Below are positions 8,970 to 17,685 of a DNA stretch of 64,000 bases, one piece after another. Within the stretch, counting starts at the first letter, position 1; every line of letters begins with the position of its first letter. Under the pieces are notes generated by a model, which made no database searches, was not told the origin of the DNA, and saw nothing but the letters and a program-made list of their open reading frames with translations. The DNA lies in contig WJMO01000005.1 in the NCBI GenBank assembly GCA_014727915.1, positions 384,001-448,000 of the forward strand. The letters are read 5' to 3'. The stretch is from Candidatus Altiarchaeales archaeon (lineage in GTDB: Archaea; Altiarchaeota; Altiarchaeia; IMC4; SCGC-AAA252-I15). The position numbers were made by a program, and so were the translations under genes.

Positions 8970-10598
8970 CCTGTTCGAGCACGCCGACCTGAGCATGTTA
9001 TCAGTTATCCTATCGCATAGTGATATGTTGGATGTGAGGCTTGCCAGTTCCATGTAGCACTTGGTGCCGTTGGCCATCCTCCCGCAGTATCTGGGGTTCA
9101 TCTCCCTCAAGGCCACCCTCTCCAGGCACCTGTCCGCGACTCTCTTGTCGGTTATCCTCGTGCACAGGAGGTAGTCCTCTGTCTGGAGGTTAACCTCGTC
9201 TACGCACTCTCTTCTCATGGTTTCATCTTCCATCAGGCTGCAGTATTCCGGGTCGTTTTGGTGGATCGCGAACTCGAGATGGCATGAGTCCCTCCATCCG
9301 GTGTCCAGCGTGTCGCATATGCTCTGGTCCTTCGCTTCCTTAGCGTGGGAGAGCACGCACTCGTTCCTGTGCGTTCTGTCCTCTATCCTTTTGCACACCT
9401 CCAGGGGGTCGATGCTCTCATTGTGGTCGACTTCCATCGGTTTCTCTTCGAAGGTCAGCCTGACGAACCTGTAGAAAGTGTTCCTGGTAGTTCCCCCCTC
9501 GCCGACGTGCGGGTTCCAGTACTCCCAGACTATCTCCTTGTCCTCTGTGACTTCGAATGCCCTGCCTTTCGCCGATTCCGTGATGAGCGTGTTGCCGTTC
9601 GGGAGCCGCTGGGCGCCGCCCCGGTCGAGGCTGTAGAATGACTCCACCGGGTCTCCCTTGTATATCCATATGGGCCTCATGGACTTCGGGTTCACCTCCA
9701 GCACCCGGGAGTGGTTGACTTCCACGCCGTTGTCGAAGACCAGGACCTTCCCGGTTCCCAGCAGTGTCGCGTGATGGGGTTTCTGGAGATCCTCGTATCC
9801 CCACTGCCACAGCACCTCCTCCCTGTCGAGGTCCAATACGGCCAGTGTGTTGATCTCCCTGACGCAGACGAGGACGTCCCCTCCCGGGAAAGCGTCGGTC
9901 CCGCCTATGTAGTGGATGGAGTTCGTATGCAGGAAGTCCAGCGCTCTCTCTTGCTCGGGGTAGTAGAACCTGTGGTTCCCCGCGGACTCTGCCATCCTCT
10001 CCGTCAGGTTCCTGTCATTTAGCAGAATCCCGGATATCGAGTGGTTCCCTATCATCTCTCCCTCCGGGGTGTAGACCTCGATCTGGTTGTCGACTACCGG
10101 TATGTCCTCGGATATCTCTGGGATATCCGCCCTCCTGTTGGTGAGCACGTAGAGGTTCCCGTCCCCGTCGAGGGAGAGGTCGTGGTGGGTCCTCCCCTCC
10201 ATCGTCCATTCTCTCGAGGAGTTCCACCCGACCCTCATAACGCCCTTGTCAGCTATCATGACGTATAGCTCCCGTGGGCTCAGTGGCACTATCACCGCGC
10301 ACCCGTCCGTTCCGAGGTCGATGCTGTTCACGGTGTTCCCGTACATGTCCACGTAGTAGATAGTGTCGCTCATGTCGTCGCAGTAGACGTTCAGGTTCGG
10401 GTACGCGTTGGGCTTGTGCTCTACGACATTGGCCTTGCCCTTGTCCTCGTCTTGGATGGGGGTTTCCGTGATGTAGGGAAGGGTCTTGAGGTGGTCGCTG
10501 TCTTGCGGTATGTCGGGTTGTCTATTGACCGTGTCGTAGGTGGCTGCGCCCAGGGCGGCGACCATCAGGATTATCAGGTATATAGTCACCCTCTCCAT
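8964..10598 (-). CDS. Secreted arylsulfotransferase (ASST)-like beta-propeller with C-terminal Cys-repeat domain
   Basis: Signal/TM segment, HHD, HTNSI, PHHA, VFDNG, GGAQRLPNGNTLI; C-terminal CxxIxDxxxRxxC repeats. Start probably MERVTI at 10598. Confidence 0.7.
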   Translation of the reverse strand: MERVTIYLIILMVAALGAATYDTVNRQPDIPQDSDHLKTLPYITETPIQDEDKGKANVVEHKPNAYPNLNVYCDDMSDTIYYVDMYGNTVNSIDLGTDGCAVIVPLSPRELYVMIADKGVMRVGWNSSREWTMEGRTHHDLSLDGDGNLYVLTNRRADIPEISEDIPVVDNQIEVYTPEGEMIGNHSISGILLNDRNLTERMAESAGNHRFYYPEQERALDFLHTNSIHYIGGTDAFPGGDVLVCVREINTLAVLDLDREEVLWQWGYEDLQKPHHATLLGTGKVLVFDNGVEVNHSRVLEVNPKSMRPIWIYKGDPVESFYSLDRGGAQRLPNGNTLITESAKGRAFEVTEDKEIVWEYWNPHVGEGGTTRNTFYRFVRLTFEEKPMEVDHNESIDPLEVCKRIEDRTHRNECVLSHAKEAKDQSICDTLDTGWRDSCHLEFAIHQNDPEYCSLMEDETMRRECVDEVNLQTEDYLLCTRITDKRVADRCLERVALREMNPRYCGRMANGTKCYMELASLTSNISLCDRITDNMLRSACSNRS

Positions 10599-10884
10599 CA
10601 CATATCCCTCAATGATTGGATTCTCTGAATTTAATTCCAAAAAGAATATATTATGCAAATATGAATAAAAATAATTGAAAAGTATTTATATATGAATACA
10701 GATGTTATGCATAAGGAAATGGATGAGGTAAAAAATATGCGGAGGTGAATAAATGGGCTGTAGGACATCGATAGGAAGATGAGTGGAAAAGCCGGGTGAC
10801 CTGACACGGACACAAACGCCACAGGAGAATGGCAAAACCGTCTGGAGCATTCCAGCAACATCGGGCGCCCGGCTGAAAACCAAC

Positions 10885-11718
10885 TTAATGCCAGGGCCTC
10901 TCACGCGCTACATGACCCTCCTCCAACCTGCCTATCTGCCAGCCCCTGACTTCCCTCAACTCGCCGCCAGTGTAACCCGACTGTATGTAATACGTCACCT
11001 TCGAAAACCCGGTGCCACCCTCCTTGTCAGGTATGAACGTGACCCAATCCTTCTCGTCAGCCAGCCTCATGATGGGCGTGTGAACGCCCTTGGACATCAC
11101 CACGAGAGGCTGGCTTCGGTCGTTGACTGAGTGCGTGTCCAGCTGGTCTGCGCCAACGTAGACGAGGCCCCAGTGGGCCCTCGAGACGATGCCCTCCAAC
11201 TCCAGGCCATTCTCCCCCTCCCTGCACCTGAACGTGACAGGCTCAGCATCCAAGTAATCCCTGCTCTTCCCCCACTCGCCCTTCCACTCGGGGATGAACG
11301 TAAGGTCGACGTGTTCGCGCCCATCCCTGGTCTGGACCCTCGTCACCTCAACCAGCGAACGGTTCAACGGCTCGTCATCGCGCCTGTGAATGGGGGAGCC
11401 ATACCTGCCCAGGAACCGGTTGAGGTACTGCCTCTGCAATCCACCGTCCAACTCCGATATATCCGACGTAGCGACCGTGTCATGGTCGACCTTGAACCTC
11501 GACTCCCTCCGGTTCGCAAGATAGTATACTGTCCCTGCAGTCCCCCCGAGGCCAGTGAAGCCGGCAGCCACTGTCAAACCTATCCCCTTCAACATGGTGC
11601 GCCTGGTGAACCTCCTCCTGTCCACGTTCAGGGACTCCACAGGCTCTTGAATCCCTCCGCCTGGGGGTTGGGCCTCCGACTCCCCCTCCTGCCTCCTCTC
11701 AACCTGCCTGTTGCCCAT
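10885..11718 (-). CDS. Orphan protein with internal twin-arginine-like signal
   Basis: 277-aa ORF; TRRTMLKG followed by a Gly-rich hydrophobic stretch after a 37-aa charged leader. Confidence 0.6.
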   Translation of the reverse strand: MGNRQVERRQEGESEAQPPGGGIQEPVESLNVDRRRFTRRTMLKGIGLTVAAGFTGLGGTAGTVYYLANRRESRFKVDHDTVATSDISELDGGLQRQYLNRFLGRYGSPIHRRDDEPLNRSLVEVTRVQTRDGREHVDLTFIPEWKGEWGKSRDYLDAEPVTFRCREGENGLELEGIVSRAHWGLVYVGADQLDTHSVNDRSQPLVVMSKGVHTPIMRLADEKDWVTFIPDKEGGTGFSKVTYYIQSGYTGGELREVRGWQIGRLEEGHVARERPWH

Positions 11719-11801
11719 AGTAACCTGTTATGAACTGGGCATCCAAGGTTAATATCGGCGTTTTATCCCCGGATTTAACCTGAAAATCCTAATCTTCTAC
11801 C

Positions 11802-12977
11802 ATGCGGTTCGGCAACGTTGAGAAGTCGTATGTCGCGCGCTTCCTGAGGAGCCTCTCCTTCTTCGGGGCGGTGACCGTGCCCTACATGCTCGACTGGCTA
11901 CAGGTCGATTACACCAGAATATTCCTGCTGCAGGCGTGGTTCTGCCTGTGGATCGTGATATTCGAAGTGCCGACGGGCGTGTTCGCAGACAAGGTAGGGA
12001 GGAAGGTCAGCCTCATGCTGGGGACCATGCTGTTCATAGTAGACCTGGTGATATTCGGGACCACCAGAGACTACATGATACTGTACGTTGCAGAGTTCTT
12101 CGGCGCACTCGGCATCGCACTCTACTCGGGAGTCGACAAGTCCCTCATCTACGACTCCCTACTCGAAGAGGGCAGGGCAGGTGAGGGGAGGAAGTGCTTC
12201 TCAAACTATGAGGCTGCAGGAACCCTCGCAGTCGTGATATCCTTCCCTTTGGGGTCGTACCTGGCTGGGTCGGGGCTGATAGCCTATCCCATGTCCCTTG
12301 CGTTCATGTTCCTCCTCTCCGCGTTGACGATAGCGCTATCTATGGGCTTGATACTCTCCATGAAAGAGCCAGAGCGGAGGAAGCCTGTCGAGAGCGGGCT
12401 GAAGATGAGCATAATCGGGTTGACAGCCATCATGAAGGACAGCAGGCTCAGGAGGTTCGCGTTGAACTCGGTGCTCATATCCTCCCTCACCTTCTTCATG
12501 TTCTGGTTCTACCAGCCCCTCACGGAGATGGCAGGATACGATGTGAGATGGTTCGGGATAGTGGGCGCCTCCTATAACCTGGTGGCAGCCGGGCTGCTGC
12601 TGAACGTCCACAGGATAGAGAAGCTATTCGGTATGAAGAGGCTGCTCGAGTGCACGGCAGTGCTGCCAGGCCTGTTCTTCCTCGGCCTCGCGTTCACTGG
12701 GAACGGCGCGTTCATCATAGCCTCCATATTCGTGATAGCAGTCTCCAAGATACTCAGGGCGCCGATACTGGCAGACTACATGAACCAGCACATCGAAAGC
12801 GACCTCCGGGCGACGGTGCTGTCGTCGGTGTCGCTGATGGAGCGGCTGATAATATTCATACTCTACCCGATAGTCGGAATGCTCGCAGACGCTAATCTTA
12901 GGATAGCATTCGTGATGCTCGGCCTGCTCATACTCATATCAGCCGCCCTCGCCAGGATAGACCACATGTACCTCTAA
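11802..12977 (+). CDS. MFS transporter
   Basis: About 12 TM segments; EVPTGVFADKVGRK motif A; RATVLS. Confidence 0.9.
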   Translation: MRFGNVEKSYVARFLRSLSFFGAVTVPYMLDWLQVDYTRIFLLQAWFCLWIVIFEVPTGVFADKVGRKVSLMLGTMLFIVDLVIFGTTRDYMILYVAEFFGALGIALYSGVDKSLIYDSLLEEGRAGEGRKCFSNYEAAGTLAVVISFPLGSYLAGSGLIAYPMSLAFMFLLSALTIALSMGLILSMKEPERRKPVESGLKMSIIGLTAIMKDSRLRRFALNSVLISSLTFFMFWFYQPLTEMAGYDVRWFGIVGASYNLVAAGLLLNVHRIEKLFGMKRLLECTAVLPGLFFLGLAFTGNGAFIIASIFVIAVSKILRAPILADYMNQHIESDLRATVLSSVSLMERLIIFILYPIVGMLADANLRIAFVMLGLLILISAALARIDHMYL

Positions 12978-12982
12978 AGGGG

Positions 12983-14152
12983 CTATTTTATCAGTGTTCT
13001 GGTGCCCTGTCCCCTGATTGTGAAGGGTCTTTCCATCTGCCCCCCTGGGTCCATCATCTCAGGCAGGGCCTGCACCATCACCTTCGCCAGGGGTGCTTCA
13101 GGCTGGTACTGTGTCATCTCCCTAGCTAATGCTGGAGCGTCTCTGGCAATCCCCAACGCCAACTGCTCAAGCCTATTCTGGGGTATTTCAGGTACATGGG
13201 TCGGTTCGCCGATCCCCAGCGTCCCATGTATCAGGCGGGGGAACGCACCAGGTGTATCCCACATATGGGCGAACATCGCATCCACTTGGCTCTGCTGGCT
13301 GCTGACCCTGTTCAATAGACTGGCGGTCTCATCCTGTTGGAAGGTTGGATCGTCAACCCTTAACTCCCGCAGCCTAAGGCAGTCCCTCACATGCGCTCCC
13401 AGGAATTTAGGGATCAGATTGCCGGTGCCGAATATTGCACCATTGAAGTTAAGTCCAGGGTCGGCGAGTAACAGTTTGGCGCGGTGGTCGAATCCCGCCT
13501 GGAAGGTGAGTTCAGGACATGCTTTCGCGTAAATCTGAGCCACAACCTTGTCCTCGTGGGTTAGCTTCCCGCCATCCATCTTCTTACCAGTCATTTCAGC
13601 ATGATTGATGAGGACCTTCAGATGCTCTGGAGCCGGGAATCCAAGGGTGTTTCCAGCAGTCAACTGCGGGAAGATATACGGCATGTATATTGTGCCACTT
13701 CTTTCAGGTATTGCATCCATCACCCTGCAGTGGTACTCTGTCATAATGCGATGCAGATAAGCTGGGTCAACAGGGTCCTGCCCGAACCCTTGCGCGAATT
13801 CGGATATTCTATGAATGGGGTCAGTCACCAAGACGCCGAAAACACCCTTGCTTGCAGCATACTCTGTTATTTCAACTGCATGCTCCAGTTTTTCAGCGCC
13901 AGTCCCGACAACCACCTTCTTACCATGCTTTTCGCCTAACTCGATGCCGAGGTCAACCAGCCTTCTCGCATCATCTCTGGACTTGGCCAATACATTCCTG
14001 CCCCACCCTGTAGTGCCTAAAACAACGGCAACGTCCAGTTCAGGGATCAGATAGTCCCATATCTTCCGAGTTCCCTCGAAGTCAACACTGTCTCTGGTAT
14101 TGCCTGCAGTGACAAGCGGAACCCCAAAGCCGAATTCCGTGACAGCACCCAT
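12983..14152 (-). CDS. Divergent DapA/NAL-family (class I aldolase TIM-barrel) protein
   Basis: PLVT, VLGTTGW, VVVGTG, Y in YMPYIFP, candidate Schiff-base Lys in GGKLT. Start MGAVTE at 14152. Confidence 0.6.
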   Translation of the reverse strand: MGAVTEFGFGVPLVTAGNTRDSVDFEGTRKIWDYLIPELDVAVVLGTTGWGRNVLAKSRDDARRLVDLGIELGEKHGKKVVVGTGAEKLEHAVEITEYAASKGVFGVLVTDPIHRISEFAQGFGQDPVDPAYLHRIMTEYHCRVMDAIPERSGTIYMPYIFPQLTAGNTLGFPAPEHLKVLINHAEMTGKKMDGGKLTHEDKVVAQIYAKACPELTFQAGFDHRAKLLLADPGLNFNGAIFGTGNLIPKFLGAHVRDCLRLRELRVDDPTFQQDETASLLNRVSSQQSQVDAMFAHMWDTPGAFPRLIHGTLGIGEPTHVPEIPQNRLEQLALGIARDAPALAREMTQYQPEAPLAKVMVQALPEMMDPGGQMERPFTIRGQGTRTLIK

Positions 14153-14293
14153 GTAAAATATCACGCAAACAAAGGATATAAGAAGATGATACTGTGTAAA
14201 AATATTATTCACAAAAGCATCAAATATGCAATAATGCATAAAAATTTACGTTATTATTTATATATGAATACCCTTTTTTTGTGTATGTTGTCA

Positions 14294-14415
14294 GCTGGGG
14301 TTGCCTAGCCTGGCGAGGCGGTCGGCTGCAGATGTCGAAATGAGAATTTCGACAGAAAAAACCCGTAAGGGTTTTTAGAGACCGACACACGAGAGTTCAA
14401 ATCTCTCCCCCAGCT
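14294..14415 (+). tRNA. tRNA-Cys(GCA) with 49-nt intron at position 37/38 (about 14332-14380)
   Basis: Acceptor GCTGGGG/CCCCAGC with U73; D stem GCCT/AGGC; anticodon stem GTCGG/CCGAC with loop CT-GCA-G; T arm GAGAG-TTCAAAT-CTCTC; TATA TTTATATA at 14257-14264; CCA not encoded. Confidence 0.93.
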
Positions 14416-14462
14416 TTCGCACACACTATATTTTATAATACTCACCATACATACACACGAAG

Positions 14463-14636
14463 ATGAGCGAGGAATCGAACGCGGTCTTTGAGGCGATGTT
14501 CGCCTTGGAGGACATAAGGGAGCTGCTCCGGGAGACGGCGCCTGAGCACAGGCTCGGCGAAGAGCAGAAGAAGGCGTTGGAGGAATCGCTGAAGAGAATA
14601 ATGTCGTCACTGAAGGCGTTGGAGGATTTGAAGTGA
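14463..14636 (+). CDS. pscN: SepCysS N-terminal partner (SepCysSN / SepCysE-N-like), 57 aa
   Basis: MSEESNAVFEAMFALEDIRELLRETAPEHRLGEEQKKALEESLKRIMSSLKALEDLK. The FEAxFALEDIR motif matches the recalled N-terminal extension of long SepCysS proteins. GTGA overlap with pscS. Below the ORF-track cutoff. Confidence 0.75.
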   Translation: MSEESNAVFEAMFALEDIRELLRETAPEHRLGEEQKKALEESLKRIMSSLKALEDLK

Positions 14637-15769
14637 AGGTCGCGGAATTCGAACTGAGGGACCGGGACGAGGACTACATAAATATCAACCCCCTCCAGAC
14701 TGCGGGGAAGACCTACGCCGACACGCGGAAGGCGATAATCTCCTACATCGACGGGTACAGCGTATGCGACTGGTGCAAGGGAGACCTGTGCAGCATCGAG
14801 AAGCCCCCGGTCAAGAAGTTCCTGGAGGACGTGTCAGGATTCCTGGGCATGGACTCCACAATACTGACCAACGGATGCAGGGAAGCCAAGTACTCCGTCC
14901 TCCACACTCTCACGGAACACGGGGACTCGGTTGTCGTGGACGGCAACAAGCACTACACAACATACGTGGCTGCAGAGCGGGCCGGGCTGAAGATATACGA
15001 GGTCAAGAGCTCCGGACACCCAGAATTCAAGATAGAACCCGAGGGATACGCGGAAGCCTTCGAGAAGGTGAAGGCGGAAACTGGAAGGCTTCCCAAGGTG
15101 GCGGTGCTGACTCACGTGGACGGCAGCTACGGTAACATCGTGGACTCTGCCAAGGTGAGCGGAATATGCAGGGATTACGGCGTCCCCTTACTGTTGAACA
15201 CCGCATACTCGTCTGGGAGAATGCCAGTAGACGGTAAAAAACTGGGGGCAGACTTCATAGCATGTTCCTGCCACAAGAGCTGGGCCGCCGGGGGAGGCAA
15301 CATAGGATTGCTCGCGACAACCGATGAGTGGAGCGACAACCTCTTCCGGCAGAGCACCGAATACAAGGTGAAGACGCTGGAGATACTCGGCTGCTCGACG
15401 AGGGGTTCGTCCACGCTCGCGCTAATGGCTAGCTACCCCCACGTGAAGGAGAGGGTAAAGAGGTGGGATACGGAGGTCGAGAACGCACGTTGGCTCGTGG
15501 ATGAGTTGGAGCGGCTGGGACTGAAGCCTTTGGGCGTCCAGCCCACGGAACACGACCTTAACTTCGTAGAATCCGACGTCCTATACGAGATATCCCAAAC
15601 CCACAAGAAGAAGAACTTCTACCTATACCATGAGCTGAAGAGGAGGGGAGTGGTGGGTGTGAAGGCCGGGCTGACGAAGCAGTTCAAGTTCAGCACCTAC
15701 GGGAAGTCGAGGGAGCAGGTGGAGCACCTGGCGTGGGCGTTCAAGGACATAATAGAGAAGTTCGGCTAA
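14633..15769 (+). CDS. pscS: O-phosphoseryl-tRNA:Cys-tRNA synthase (SepCysS)
   Basis: NINPLQTAG, DGYSVCDWC, HYTTY, HVDGSYGN, LNTAYS, SCHKS (PLP Lys), LGCSTRG. Confidence 0.95.
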   Translation: MKVAEFELRDRDEDYININPLQTAGKTYADTRKAIISYIDGYSVCDWCKGDLCSIEKPPVKKFLEDVSGFLGMDSTILTNGCREAKYSVLHTLTEHGDSVVVDGNKHYTTYVAAERAGLKIYEVKSSGHPEFKIEPEGYAEAFEKVKAETGRLPKVAVLTHVDGSYGNIVDSAKVSGICRDYGVPLLLNTAYSSGRMPVDGKKLGADFIACSCHKSWAAGGGNIGLLATTDEWSDNLFRQSTEYKVKTLEILGCSTRGSSTLALMASYPHVKERVKRWDTEVENARWLVDELERLGLKPLGVQPTEHDLNFVESDVLYEISQTHKKKNFYLYHELKRRGVVGVKAGLTKQFKFSTYGKSREQVEHLAWAFKDIIEKFG

Positions 15770-15770
15770 G

Positions 15771-16376
15771 ATGAAGGCAGTGGCCCTATTCTCCTCTGGC
15801 ATAGACTCGCCGGTCGCCGCGTACCTTATGGCGAAGAAGGGCGTTGAGGTTATCGCGTTGCACATGGACAGCCGACCCCACACCGACGACGCCGGAGTCG
15901 AGAAAGCCCGCGGACTTGCCGAGAAAGTGGGGGCTAAGCTGAGGGTCTTCAACAACTCACGGTTCCACCAGGAGGTCCGGGACAACTGCAACCCTAAACT
16001 CCACTGCATACTCTGCAAGAGGCACATGTACCGAGTCGCGGAGAGGATCGCCGAACGCGAAGGCGCCGACTTCATAGTCACAGGGGAGAGCATCGGCCAG
16101 GTGGCCTCCCAGACGGTGGAGAACCTGGAAGTGCTCGACAACGCAGTCAAGATGCCGGTCATAAGGCCCCTGATAGGGTTCGACAAGGAGGAGACCATAC
16201 GCATAGCCCGTGACATCGGAACCTATAGCATATCCTCGCGGAAGTCCGCCGGCTGCCCGTTCGTCCCAAAGGCCCCTGCGACGAAATCCAGGATCGAGGA
16301 CGTACTTAAAGAAGAAAGCAAAATAGACTTGGACGCGTTGGTTGAGCAGGGCGCATCCAATGCGGAGGTAACTTGA
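15771..16376 (+). CDS. thiI: ThiI-like PP-loop sulfurtransferase, catalytic domain only (no THUMP)
   Basis: SSGIDSPVA PP-loop, CILCKR, TGESIGQVASQT, RPLIGFDKEE, GCPFVP; only 201 aa. Confidence 0.8.
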   Translation: MKAVALFSSGIDSPVAAYLMAKKGVEVIALHMDSRPHTDDAGVEKARGLAEKVGAKLRVFNNSRFHQEVRDNCNPKLHCILCKRHMYRVAERIAEREGADFIVTGESIGQVASQTVENLEVLDNAVKMPVIRPLIGFDKEETIRIARDIGTYSISSRKSAGCPFVPKAPATKSRIEDVLKEESKIDLDALVEQGASNAEVT

Positions 16377-16377
16377 A

Positions 16378-17169
16378 ATGGACGCATACGGGATACTCGA
16401 GAAGGTAAGGGAAGAGAAGCCGCTGGTACATCACCTGACGAACTGGGTCACGATCTACGACTGCGCCAACATAACCAGGGCTTTCGGCGCGCTGCCGGTG
16501 ATGGCCCACGCAGCCGAGGAAGTCGAGGAGATGGTCGGGATCGCAGGAGCCCTCGTGCTAAACATAGGGACTCTAACGCCTGAACTCGTCGACTCCATGA
16601 TAAAGGCTGGGAAGGCAGCCAACAGGAAAGGGATACCCGTAGTATTGGACGCAGTCGGCGTCGGAGCAACCAGGCTGAGGACCGACAGCGCACTGAAGAT
16701 ACTCGAAGAAGTCAAGGTAACGGTGTTGAAGGGGAACTACGGGGAGGTTGGTGTTCTCGCAGGCGCGGAAGCCGAAGTCAAGGGCGTGGAGTCAATGGGA
16801 GTGGAAGGAGACCCCGTTGAGCTGGCCAGGGGCCTCGCAGGCCAGTTGGGCCTCACAGTGGCGATGACCGGGAAGCAGGACATAATATCCGACGGGACTA
16901 CCACCTACCTGGTGGATAATGGGACGGAGATGATGGGGTCCATAGTCGGAACCGGGTGCATGGCAGCATCCGTCATAGGCGCGTTCACAGCGGTTGAGAA
17001 AGACGCGCCAAAAGCCGCTGCCGCAGCCCTCTCATGCTATGGGATAGCCGGAGAACTCGCTTCAAAGGATTCCAGAGGGCCGGGAACCTACAAGGAACGG
17101 TTCTACGACGAGGTATACGGCCTTAAAAGGGAGGAAGCCGAATCCAAAACCCGGCTAACACCAATTTAA
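16378..17169 (+). CDS. thiM: Hydroxyethylthiazole kinase
   Basis: PLVHHLTNWVT, ALPVMA, LNIGTL, LDAVG, KGNYGEV, GTGCM. Confidence 0.93.
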   Translation: MDAYGILEKVREEKPLVHHLTNWVTIYDCANITRAFGALPVMAHAAEEVEEMVGIAGALVLNIGTLTPELVDSMIKAGKAANRKGIPVVLDAVGVGATRLRTDSALKILEEVKVTVLKGNYGEVGVLAGAEAEVKGVESMGVEGDPVELARGLAGQLGLTVAMTGKQDIISDGTTTYLVDNGTEMMGSIVGTGCMAASVIGAFTAVEKDAPKAAAAALSCYGIAGELASKDSRGPGTYKERFYDEVYGLKREEAESKTRLTPI

Positions 17170-17244
17170 CACTGTTTTAACCCGGCTTTCACCCCAATCT
17201 CATAGTTAGGGACAGCATAGTATTTAGTGTGGAGGTGGGGTGAA

Positions 17245-17409
17245 ATGGCTGCCCAAGCGATGTTAATATACGTGGCATACGGAGCCACAGTGTATCTACT
17301 AGCCTACCTGCTTTACCTCGCATCCAGGGTTGCCACTCTGAACGGAGGTAAGACCTGCTTCAAACCCTACGACAGGGATAGCCTCATCTTGAAAAGAAAG
17401 CAATTTTGA
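17245..17409 (+). CDS. Small single-TM hypothetical protein (54 aa)
   Basis: SD-like GGAGGTG/GGTGA upstream; hydrophobic core LIYVAYGATVYLLAYLLYLA. Confidence 0.5.
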   Translation: MAAQAMLIYVAYGATVYLLAYLLYLASRVATLNGGKTCFKPYDRDSLILKRKQF

Positions 17410-17493
17410 GCGACCACCCACACGAAGCCATACACAGGTGGGATGAACCCACCTCGGAGAGGGGCCGCCCACTCCCCTCTCCCAAACCATGGC

Positions 17494-17637
17494 TCAGTCT
17501 CCCTTGTAGGTCCTGACGCAGAATGTCTTCCCTGACCGGTCGCTTTCGATGCAATGCCCGAAGTCGCCCAAGGAGGAGTTAATGCCCTCCAAGGCGGTGG
17601 CGATCCGCTCAAGGTATCCTTTAAGCTCCTCATCCAC
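17494..17637 (-). CDS. Small hypothetical protein (47 aa)
   Basis: GGAGGTG SD before GTG; (M)DEELKGYLERIATALEGINSSLGDFGHCIESDRSGKTFCVRTYKGD. Not in the ORF track. Confidence 0.55.
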   Translation of the reverse strand: MDEELKGYLERIATALEGINSSLGDFGHCIESDRSGKTFCVRTYKGD

Positions 17638-17685
17638 CCTATACACCTCCAAAATAATTTATTAGATGCCTCTATATTCTACACT

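Noticed and set aside
14294-14415. Possible tRNA-Sec or suppressor tRNA because of its length
   Set aside because: The anticodon is GCA with a 7-bp acceptor stem and short variable loop; the extra length is an intron.
14633-14636. Programmed frameshift fusing pscN and pscS
   Set aside because: A GTGA overlap with an upstream GGAGG SD is ordinary translational coupling; no slippery heptamer.
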